Shown here in pieces: positions 7,853 through 15,258 of a stretch of 32,157 nt of DNA (the stretch's first letter is position 1; each line of letters begins with the position of its first letter). The stretch comes from an uncultured archaeon. Lineage in GTDB: Archaea > Asgardarchaeota > Lokiarchaeia > Sigyniarchaeales > SOKP01. The notes below the pieces were generated by a model, which was not told the origin of the DNA, made no database searches, and saw nothing but the letters and a program-made list of their open reading frames with translations. The stretch is taken from assembly GCA_964629395.1 (NCBI GenBank), contig CAZVTX010000003.1:1-32157 (forward strand). Reading direction: 5' to 3'. A program made the translations under genes and the position numbers.

Positions 7853-8524
7853 TCAGATCCGTTCCTTTATTTTGGCAATTATAAATGGAATCTCTTCAAT
7901 TTCTTTTTTGTAGTTCATTTTTAAATCGGGGATTCCCTCAGATATATTCTTAATAGATTCAAAAGTATATATTAAGTTTTCTAAATAATCAATTAAATCA
8001 CCTTTGAATATGACAATTTTATAATTTTCTCTTAAATAATAAGATATATCTGAAATTGAAAATCCCTCATTTGTTCTTAAATGAAATATAAGTCTTTCGA
8101 GGTTTATTCTACCACATTCACAAAAAGGATTATCCTTACAATTACAATTAAATATATCATTTGTCCATTTAAGAACCATGTCAATAAAATTCTTTGAAAA
8201 TTTTTTACGCTTTCTTACATATTCAGCATTCATTAAAGATAATACACTTGCACTGAAAAAATTATTAGAAAAATATTTCATATTTGTATTTCTTGAGAGA
8301 TCTGCAACAATTTCTTTAGAAATATAAACATTTTTTAATGGTTTTAAGTCAAGAGCTATTTCTAAAATAGATTTCTCTTTAGCTCTTAATTCGGATATAA
8401 GTTCTAAACTCTCATCTACAGTTAGAAAAGATTTAGCTATAGACCTTCCCAATTCCGTTATGATAATGTCTCCATTTTTTAGATTATCGATTAATTTTAA
8501 ATTTTTTAATTTAATTGAATACAT
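7853..8524 (-). CDS. Helicase-associated protein (possible detached C-terminal module of the upstream SF2 helicase) with a Cys cluster
   Basis: 223 aa. Its start overlaps the stop of the helicase gene by 14 nt (8511..8524), suggesting translational coupling. It contains CNCKDNPFCECG. The N-terminal part looks wHTH-like (IITELGRSIAKSFL). Confidence 0.6.
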   Translation of the reverse strand: MYSIKLKNLKLIDNLKNGDIIITELGRSIAKSFLTVDESLELISELRAKEKSILEIALDLKPLKNVYISKEIVADLSRNTNMKYFSNNFFSASVLSLMNAEYVRKRKKFSKNFIDMVLKWTNDIFNCNCKDNPFCECGRINLERLIFHLRTNEGFSISDISYYLRENYKIVIFKGDLIDYLENLIYTFESIKNISEGIPDLKMNYKKEIEEIPFIIAKIKERI

Positions 8525-10475
8525 CAGATTGATTTATTCCATTATCATACATCGAAATAAATGCTAATAATTCGGTCAGCGATTTGTTCTCATCAGGAGG
8601 GTGCTCAAAATCCTTTATTTTTCCGTTTAAAAGCTTGATTGCAATATTTTCCTCTGAAATCTTCATTTTAGGAGAATATATTTTACCGGGTTCAACTAAA
8701 AGATATGCTAAACCTTTTGTATGCTTTCTTAAACGTCCTGCGCGACCTAACATTTGTTCAAATTCTGCTACGGTTAACCAATTAATTCCCATAGCTAATG
8801 ATTCAAATATAACTTGACTTGCAGGAAAATCTACACCTGCCGCCAAAGCCGCAGTTGCTACAACTGCGGACAATTTTTGCTCTTGGAATTCCTGTTCAAT
8901 TACTTTTCTTTCATCCAAGGTTAACCCTGAATGATATGCTTTAACGCTAAGACCTTTATTTTGCAAATATAACGCTAAATTTTCGCATTTTTTACGGGAA
9001 TTTGTAAAAACGATCGATTGTCCCCGAAAGCCAAACTCAGATTTAATATAAAAAGCGGATCTAATTAAATTTACGATATAATTTTGTTTTATTCTCTCAT
9101 TTTTACATAAAATTAAATGCCTTTCAATAGGAACAGGTCTATTAGTATATTTTATAAGCTTACATCCTAATTTTCTAGCTAAAGTCCCAGGCTCTCCCAA
9201 AGTTGCACTTAAATATATATATTGAGCATCAGGATAAATCGATTTTAATCGAGCGATGAAGCCATCTAAAATGAATCCTCTATCCTTATCTATTAATGTT
9301 TGAATCTCATCGATAACAATCGTTTTTATCTTTCCTAAAAATGTATATTTACCATTTCTCAGGATATAATCAATTGCCTCATATGTTCCTATTATAATTT
9401 CAGCATTCATTAAATCTTCTAAATTATCTATATTGTTTTTCTCTAATAGTGATTCTCCTATTTTTTTAACTATATTTAAATTTAGAATTGAATATCTTTT
9501 TTCAAATTCTTCTGTTCTTAAATTTGCTAAGGCTACTATCGGAACTACATATAACATACGATCATTTCTATTTTTAAGGAGTTTAGAAACTCCCGCAAGT
9601 TCACCAATTAAAGTTTTACCTCCAGAAGTAGGTGCCATTATTAATTGATTTTCATGGTCTTTCAATAGACCATTCTCTATTGAAATTGCTTGAATAGGTA
9701 AAAGTTTTGAAATATTTACTTTTCTAAAAACTTGTTTAAAACTTTCGGGAATTTCCAAATTTTCAATAGAATAATTTAGATACTTATCGCTAACTTTTGA
9801 TTGTTTCTCTATATCATATAACGTAATATCACGATTTTCTGAAGGTTTAAAATCTGCTTTAAAAACACTAAGAACCTTTTGGACACTTTTAAATTTTAAA
9901 ATCATATGATTAAAAAAATTTTTCAATTTTGGCTTGACTTTATCGCTGTCAATTAGTCCCGTAAGTTGAATTTCCCGAAGCACATAGTCCAGTGCACATT
10001 TAGGACATAATATTCTATTATTTGAGGCTTTTATTTGATTATTCTCATCTAATATCGTGAAAACCTTCTCTTTAAGGCAAAATTCGCAAAAAATAAGATT
10101 AAGGATCTTTTTTTCATTAAATTGAAAATTCTTAAGCATCTCTAAAAGCGGATTAAAATCCTCCTTTTTAACCTTCTTTGAAAAGGAAATAAATTGATTT
10201 TGTTCTGATAAAATTAATTTTTTAAATAAATCTGGATTTAAAGGCTTTTCACTTCCATCATTTAATATTTTTATAAATTGAAGAGGTCTAAATCTATTCT
10301 TTAAATCTAATCCGATTAGTACCCAACCTCTTAAAAATGGTTTATCAACATACGATAGTGCTGCTTTTTTCTTCTTTAAGGTTTTAATATAAAAGAAATT
10401 CACATTATAAATTATTCCGCTTTTATCGTTCCGTTCACTATCTAAAACTATAAAGAAATTTTTCAATTTGGTCAA
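8511..10475 (-). CDS. Superfamily-2 DEAD/DEAH-box (Ski2/Hel308-like) helicase with an extra roughly 270-aa N-terminal region containing a Zn-ribbon-like pair
   Basis: TTG start; a TAA lies 6 codons upstream in frame. Helicase motifs: I APTSGGKT, Ia PIVALAN, II VIDEIQ, III LSATLG, V ATAALAAGVDFPA, VI QMLGRAGR. The N-terminal region has CEFC...CPKC. Confidence 0.88.
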   Translation of the reverse strand: MTKLKNFFIVLDSERNDKSGIIYNVNFFYIKTLKKKKAALSYVDKPFLRGWVLIGLDLKNRFRPLQFIKILNDGSEKPLNPDLFKKLILSEQNQFISFSKKVKKEDFNPLLEMLKNFQFNEKKILNLIFCEFCLKEKVFTILDENNQIKASNNRILCPKCALDYVLREIQLTGLIDSDKVKPKLKNFFNHMILKFKSVQKVLSVFKADFKPSENRDITLYDIEKQSKVSDKYLNYSIENLEIPESFKQVFRKVNISKLLPIQAISIENGLLKDHENQLIMAPTSGGKTLIGELAGVSKLLKNRNDRMLYVVPIVALANLRTEEFEKRYSILNLNIVKKIGESLLEKNNIDNLEDLMNAEIIIGTYEAIDYILRNGKYTFLGKIKTIVIDEIQTLIDKDRGFILDGFIARLKSIYPDAQYIYLSATLGEPGTLARKLGCKLIKYTNRPVPIERHLILCKNERIKQNYIVNLIRSAFYIKSEFGFRGQSIVFTNSRKKCENLALYLQNKGLSVKAYHSGLTLDERKVIEQEFQEQKLSAVVATAALAAGVDFPASQVIFESLAMGINWLTVAEFEQMLGRAGRLRKHTKGLAYLLVEPGKIYSPKMKISEENIAIKLLNGKIKDFEHPPDENKSLTELLAFISMYDNGINQSDVFN

Positions 10476-10538
10476 GGGAAAGCACTTCCATTACTGAAGC
10501 TTTTTCCAAAATAATAAAATATAATAAGATTTTTAGAA

Positions 10539-10700
10539 TTAAAAACCAAAAACCTGTTTAATTTTATCAAAAACATCTTTAATTTGTCTTAATTTCGTCT
10601 CATCACCTTGATTAAGAAAATGTTCTATCCATTGGGCTAAACCGCCTTGTCTAATCCAATCCAGAAAGTATTGTACCGCTTGTCTATCTGTTTCTGACAT
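10539..10700 (-). CDS. Possible small ORF (53 aa), hypothetical helical protein
   Basis: Below the ORF-track size cut-off. The reverse-strand ATG at 10700..10698 gives MSETDRQAVQYFLDWIRQGGLAQWIEHFLNQGDETKLRQIKDVFDKIKQVFGF*. Its composition is far less AT-biased than the surrounding spacer, and it is divergent from the 10819 gene. Confidence 0.3.
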   Translation of the reverse strand: MSETDRQAVQYFLDWIRQGGLAQWIEHFLNQGDETKLRQIKDVFDKIKQVFGF

Positions 10701-10818
10701 TTTTTTTCATTTAATTTAATTTTATTCTTAAAATTAATTCGTTAAATCTATATAAAAATTTAAATGCTCTATGTATATTTATTTCTTTATACCAATTAAA
10801 AATTTGTATTTCCATATT

Positions 10819-11769
10819 ATGCCAGATGTTTATATTAAAACACCAAATTTAGATTCCATCTTTGAAAAATGGAAAAATCAAGAAGTAAGAAGAAATAAAA
10901 AAAAGATGGAAAAAGAATTTGGTACGAAAGGTGCAGTATTTTCGCTAAATCAAATTAGTGCTGCTGAATTTGTTAAAAATACAAATAAGGAAGCTGCGAT
11001 ATATTTTGCAATCAAAAAATCAACCGCTCCAGCTAAAGGCAGCGAAATAAAGGCAATACCTGCTTCTAAAATAAATAGAGAAGTTTTTTATTCCTTTAAA
11101 GGACAAAAAGTAAATAAAGAAAATTGGAAGGATAAAGAAAAGGTGCCAATTTTTGAATCTATAAAACAAATTCCATGTGATTCATGTAAAGGAAAAGGTT
11201 TTACTCAACAGAAATGTAAATCTTGTAAAGGAACAGGAAAGGTTCAATTGAAAGGAACAGTATTAGTCGGAGAAAACAAAGAAAAAAAAACACACATTTT
11301 TGAGATTCCTTGCGCTGAATGCTATGGAACGGGCAATATACAAGCTAGATGCCGAGAATGCGGGGGTCATAAATATAATTTTCAGTATGAAATCCGTCCC
11401 GTGCCCTTTATTACTGTTGTCACAGGTATCCCCGTATTACATGCAAGCACAAGAAAGTATGAGAAAGAAATAGGAGAAGATCTTCATAAATTAATCAAGG
11501 AGGTAGAAGGCATCAAATTTAAAGATTTCAAAACATTAGAAGCTAAGGCTGAAGCATCATTAGGATATTTCAATAAAAATATAAAAAAAGCAATTTCACT
11601 AGCAAAAAGTGATTATACACAATTTCAAAAAGATAAAAATGCAGAGATAATTACACAAATTCATCTATTCCCGCTGATACAATTGATCTGTACAACAAAA
11701 AGAGGTTCTAATTTTGAGATCTATAGTATTGGCTCGCAAAATGGCTTTATAATTTATTCAACATTTTAA
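10819..11769 (+). CDS. Protein with a DnaJ cysteine-rich (CR)-type zinc-finger module (4x CxxCxG) but no J domain; function unknown
   Basis: ORF track 10771..11769. The first 16 codons are low-complexity, so the ATG at 10819 (MPDVYIKTP) is preferred. The motifs are CDSCKGKG, CKSCKGTG, CAECYGTG and CRECGGHK, arranged as two nested pairs as in the DnaJ CR domain. Confidence 0.7.
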   Translation: MPDVYIKTPNLDSIFEKWKNQEVRRNKKKMEKEFGTKGAVFSLNQISAAEFVKNTNKEAAIYFAIKKSTAPAKGSEIKAIPASKINREVFYSFKGQKVNKENWKDKEKVPIFESIKQIPCDSCKGKGFTQQKCKSCKGTGKVQLKGTVLVGENKEKKTHIFEIPCAECYGTGNIQARCRECGGHKYNFQYEIRPVPFITVVTGIPVLHASTRKYEKEIGEDLHKLIKEVEGIKFKDFKTLEAKAEASLGYFNKNIKKAISLAKSDYTQFQKDKNAEIITQIHLFPLIQLICTTKRGSNFEIYSIGSQNGFIIYSTF

Positions 11770-11777
11770 ATTGTAAA

Positions 11778-12827
11778 ATGAAAATTAAAGATTCAATTAA
11801 TCCGAAAAAAACAGAAAATCTAATTATTATTGAGATAATTCTAATCTTTTTTTTCTTATATTATGATCTTTTTTTTGATTTTATTGAAATCGATATTATC
11901 CCTAATTTATTAATCGTCCTTTTAAGTTTTTATATCTTTTTTACGGTAATATATTATATTTTTGAGAAAAAAAAAATTAAAGAATTTGATTTTAATACAG
12001 AATTTTATATTTATTCCCAAGTATTGATTTCTTTATTTCTTGGAATTATTTTATGTGTTTATTTTTTATCAAAAGGAAGTAAAGAAATAAGCTTATTTAT
12101 TATTTCATTAATTCCGTTAGGCTCTATTATTTTTATATTTATTATAAATAAAATATTTTTATTTCAAGCGGAGCGTTTTTTACGTCAACTTTTTAAAGAA
12201 GATATTTGGAATAAACTTGATGAGCAAACAAAAAGAGATTTTAAACAAGCTGAAGCAAGTATAAGAGCTGAGAATATCCCTAATGCTATTCTTAATATTA
12301 GTAGAGGGCTTGAAAGAGAATTAAAATTAACTATATTTCAGCCTTTTAAAATGAAAATTCAAGAAAATAAAGGTAAAAAAGATTATTTTAAGATATTACA
12401 ACCTTTTGAATCTATTATGGATCCAAGATATAGAACATATGAAAATTTTAAACTTTATTTAGAAGGGAAAAGACATCTAACTTTTGGAAATATTCCATTT
12501 TTTCTTTTAAATCTTACCGATAAGAAAATAAATAATTATACCATTTTATTTAAAGAATTTTCGGAATTCTTGAGAAATAAATTTAAAGAAAAATATAAAA
12601 ATATAAATAAAATTTCAAGAATTCTATTCAATCATAATTTTTTTACCGTTCCTGGGATAAAGATTTCAGATTTAAGAAATGAGGCGGCCCACCCACAGAA
12701 AAATATAGAAAATAAAGATCTTCCTAATAGAAGTGCTGAGATCCTTTCAATGGAAAATTATTTACGTTTACTTAAGATTGTGGCTTTTGATCCAAATCTA
12801 CTTAAATTAATTGTTGACTTAAAGTGA
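11778..12827 (+). CDS. Four-TM membrane protein with a C-terminal helical domain carrying an RNxxAH (HEPN-like Rx4H) motif
   Basis: It starts 8 nt after the preceding stop. Four hydrophobic segments lie in residues about 14-125. The soluble domain starts DEQTKRDFKQAEASIRAENIPNAILNISRGLERELKLTIF. It contains SDLRNEAAHPQ (R300..H305, nt 12675..12692), followed by a helix MENYLRLLKIVA. Confidence 0.5.
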   Translation: MKIKDSINPKKTENLIIIEIILIFFFLYYDLFFDFIEIDIIPNLLIVLLSFYIFFTVIYYIFEKKKIKEFDFNTEFYIYSQVLISLFLGIILCVYFLSKGSKEISLFIISLIPLGSIIFIFIINKIFLFQAERFLRQLFKEDIWNKLDEQTKRDFKQAEASIRAENIPNAILNISRGLERELKLTIFQPFKMKIQENKGKKDYFKILQPFESIMDPRYRTYENFKLYLEGKRHLTFGNIPFFLLNLTDKKINNYTILFKEFSEFLRNKFKEKYKNINKISRILFNHNFFTVPGIKISDLRNEAAHPQKNIENKDLPNRSAEILSMENYLRLLKIVAFDPNLLKLIVDLK

Positions 12828-12849
12828 ATTTTTGAAATTAAATCAAAAG

Positions 12850-12899
12850 ATATATAAGTTGAAACTTACTTATAATTATATAAGATTAAACTTATATAT
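12850..12899. repeat. Nested dyad-symmetric element built from TATAAG/CTTATA half-sites, in the spacer upstream of the ECF S-component gene
   Basis: The outer arms ATATATAAGTT (12850..12860) and AACTTATATAT (12889..12899) are perfect reverse complements. Inner palindromes are TAAGTTgaAACTTA (12855..12868) and CTTATAattaTATAAG (12869..12884). A direct ATCAAAA repeat flanks the element at 12842 and 12902. Confidence 0.55.
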
Positions 12900-12908
12900 T
12901 GATCAAAA

Positions 12909-13523
12909 ATGAATGAAAAATTTGATTCAAAAGAAAATAAATTTAAATCTAATTATAAACAATTTTTAGGTTATTTTTTACCGACAAATCCCGTTGTTAT
13001 TTCAATCACCGCAATCTTTGCTGCTTTAACATGTGTTCTTACAATGATAATATCTATTCCAATACCAGCCACGCAAGGTTATATCAATATCGGTGATGCT
13101 GCCGTTATGATAACAGGCTTATTATTTGGACCGATAATAGGCGGATTAGCGGGTGGAATAGGTTCAATGTTAGCGGATATATTTTTAGGATATACAATTT
13201 ATGCTCCAGCAACTCTAATTATAAAAGGATTAGAAGGATTTTTAGTAGGATTTATTTCGGATCCTAAAAATCGGGAGAAATTACATATTAGAGATTTTAT
13301 TGCAGTAATTATTGGTGGAATGGTCATGGTATTGGGATATTTTCTTTATGAGATTATCCTTTGGGGTGTTGAAATCGCTTTAATTGAAGTATTTCTAAAT
13401 GGTATCATTCAATTCGGTTTAGGTGCAACAATCGCAATAATTTTTACCTTAACGGCAAGAAAGAATATTACGGATAGTCTTAATCAAGTATTCGAGAAAG
13501 TATTTGTTGTAAACGATTCATAA
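12909..13523 (+). CDS. ECF-transporter S-component-like integral membrane protein (substrate unknown)
   Basis: 204 aa with about 5-6 TM segments. INIGDAAVMITGLLFGPIIGGLAGGIGSMLADIFLG is typical of ECF substrate-capture subunits. No EcfA/T genes are nearby. Confidence 0.65.
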   Translation: MNEKFDSKENKFKSNYKQFLGYFLPTNPVVISITAIFAALTCVLTMIISIPIPATQGYINIGDAAVMITGLLFGPIIGGLAGGIGSMLADIFLGYTIYAPATLIIKGLEGFLVGFISDPKNREKLHIRDFIAVIIGGMVMVLGYFLYEIILWGVEIALIEVFLNGIIQFGLGATIAIIFTLTARKNITDSLNQVFEKVFVVNDS

Positions 13524-14957
13524 TAATGTAATAAGAGTATTTAATGCATCAATTACCTTTTTCCCATTTTCCGTTATAAAATAAAAAACTTTTTTTCCTT
13601 CTTTTTTGCGAATTATAAGATTTTTTTGTTCTAATTCCTTTAAATGTTGATAGATTGCAGCTCGACTAATAGAACCAATTATTTCTTTTAATTTTGTTCC
13701 GTTAATCCCTTTTTTTTCCGCCATTCGAATTTGGGATAATATTTTTAATTTTGTACTTAAGATGGCACCCATACCAGCGGTTTTAGCTCTTGAAGATAAT
13801 GCCTCTAATACATAAGGTGCCTTTAATCCACTTCCGGTAATTATACAAACGACTTTATCATTTTTTATATCAATTAAATCCTCTTGGATTAAAGAATTTA
13901 TAGCTGCAATCGTCATGGCGGAGGCAGGTTCTGCAAAAATTCCTTCGTTATTAATTAATTCTTCTACTGAATTTAAAATTAGATTTTCAGGAATGGCAAT
14001 TGCAAAACCATTATTTGTTTTTAATATATCTAAGACTAAATCTTTATACATAGGTTTTTTAACTAATACTCCTAAAGCGATAGATTTTGAAAATCGCTGG
14101 TGTATTTCGACTACATTTCTCTCTTTTTCTATAAAATCATCAACAATTGGAGCTAATCCCTGAGGTTGAACGCTAGCAAATTTAGGAATTTTAGAAATAA
14201 TTTTACTATCTTTAAGTTCTTTAAATCCCTTCCAAAGACTTATTAATAAACCGCCACTTCCAGTAGGTATAATAATCCAATCAGGAAGGCCAATCTCATT
14301 AAATATTTCATATGAAATTGTTTTTTGGGCTTCAATTGTTAAAGGATTAAATTCAGGTGTACATTGATAAAATTCTTTTTTATATTTATCAGATAAGGCT
14401 TCATTTAAGCAATCATCAACGGTTTGCCCCTTAACAATTATTTCCGAATTATAGGCAATCATTTGAGCTTTCTTCCCGATATCAATATCGTCAGGAATAA
14501 TATTTACGCATCTCATTCCTTCTAAGGAGGAATATGCAGCTAATGACGCTCCTTGATTACCATTAGATGCACAAACTACACTATTAAACTCCCAGCTTCG
14601 AGCATGTGAAATTAATAAAGCAGCAGCCCTATCTTTAAAGGAATTAGTTGGATTCTTAGTCTCATCCTTAAAATATAACTTTTTTATACCTAATTTCTTA
14701 CCTAATTTTTTTGATGGTAAACATTTTGTTATCCCCTCTCCCATTGATACGAAAAAATCTTTATCAATTTTAGGGAAGGCAAAAGAAAAATCCCAAAAAG
14801 AAGTTAATTGATTTAATGCTCCAAAATTCTCTCTAAATGAGCTTACATTTGTTTTTACCAGAAGTAAGCCGCCACAATGAGAACATTTATAAATTATATT
14901 ATTCGCTTCTACAATTTTTCCGCATTTAATACATGAAAATTTTACGGGATATGAAAT
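13518..14957 (-). CDS. Threonine-synthase-like fold-type-II PLP enzyme with N-terminal Zn ribbon and C-terminal winged-HTH fusion; apparent ATT start
   Basis: The ORF track gives 13518..14744 (M at 14744). The same frame stays open upstream to a TAA at 14975..14973. That upstream stretch encodes SYPVKFSCIKCGKIVEANNIIYKCSHCGGLLLV, the Zn ribbon found at the N-terminus of archaeal ThrC. The PLP-lysine motif is KNPTNSFKDRAA; other motifs are GNQGASLAAY and IIPTGSGGLL. The last roughly 90 aa form a wHTH (LKILSQIRMAEKKGINGTKLKEIIGSISRAAIYQHLKELEQKNLIIRKKEGKKVFYFITENG). Confidence 0.8.
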   Translation of the reverse strand: MSYPVKFSCIKCGKIVEANNIIYKCSHCGGLLLVKTNVSSFRENFGALNQLTSFWDFSFAFPKIDKDFFVSMGEGITKCLPSKKLGKKLGIKKLYFKDETKNPTNSFKDRAAALLISHARSWEFNSVVCASNGNQGASLAAYSSLEGMRCVNIIPDDIDIGKKAQMIAYNSEIIVKGQTVDDCLNEALSDKYKKEFYQCTPEFNPLTIEAQKTISYEIFNEIGLPDWIIIPTGSGGLLISLWKGFKELKDSKIISKIPKFASVQPQGLAPIVDDFIEKERNVVEIHQRFSKSIALGVLVKKPMYKDLVLDILKTNNGFAIAIPENLILNSVEELINNEGIFAEPASAMTIAAINSLIQEDLIDIKNDKVVCIITGSGLKAPYVLEALSSRAKTAGMGAILSTKLKILSQIRMAEKKGINGTKLKEIIGSISRAAIYQHLKELEQKNLIIRKKEGKKVFYFITENGKKVIDALNTLITLL

Positions 14958-14966
14958 AGAACCGCG

Positions 14967-14974
14967 ACCTCCTT
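14967..14974 (-). promoter_or_regulatory. Strong Shine-Dalgarno AAGGAGGT, 9 nt upstream of an in-frame ATT (14957..14955)
   Basis: The reverse strand reads TAAGGAGGTCGCGGTTCTATTTCATAT. This is the best SD match I saw in the window. It is positioned where an initiation codon is needed for the ThrC-like Zn ribbon. Confidence 0.55.
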
Positions 14975-15094
14975 AATTTTTAAGAATTTTTAAAAAAATA
15001 AATTAGATATCTCAATAATAATAAATTTAATAATTCTTTAAGAATGTAATATATTTATCATTTAAAATCATAATATTTAGTGTATTAAAGGCAA

Positions 15095-15211
15095 ATGAAT
15101 ACCAAAATGAAAATATTTCTGGTTTTTGCGATAATTATAACCGCTATTTTGATATATGGAATTGTTCAGCTAATAATCGATACTGTAAACACATGGAATA
15201 AATATTATTAA
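15095..15211 (+). CDS. Possible 38-aa single-TM micro-ORF
   Basis: MNTKMKIFLVFAIIITAILIYGIVQLIIDTVNTWNKYY*. It is below the ORF-track cut-off. Only the hydrophobic core supports it. Confidence 0.2.
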   Translation: MNTKMKIFLVFAIIITAILIYGIVQLIIDTVNTWNKYY

Positions 15212-15258
15212 GTTTTTTCGCTATTTTTTCCTAAAATTTTTATTGAATTTGATTTATC

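Noticed and set aside
11282-11290. Long A runs inside coding regions (A9 at 11282..11290, about A10 near 11967, A9 near 26870) as programmed slippage sites
   Set aside because: All are read through in frame as Lys codons, with sensible protein on both sides. They are expected in a Lys-rich, AT-rich genome.
10771-11769. Interpreting the CxxCxGxG protein as a DnaJ/Hsp40 chaperone
   Set aside because: There is no J domain (no HPD motif) and no DnaJ C-terminal domain pattern. Only the CR-type zinc module is shared, so it is called a Zn-finger protein of unknown function.
13518-13523. The 6-nt convergent overlap of the 3' ends of the ECF S-component and ThrC-like genes
   Set aside because: It is an overlap of stop codons only (TAA at 13521..13523 on plus, TGA at 13520..13518 on minus). 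This is common in compact genomes and has no evident regulatory meaning.
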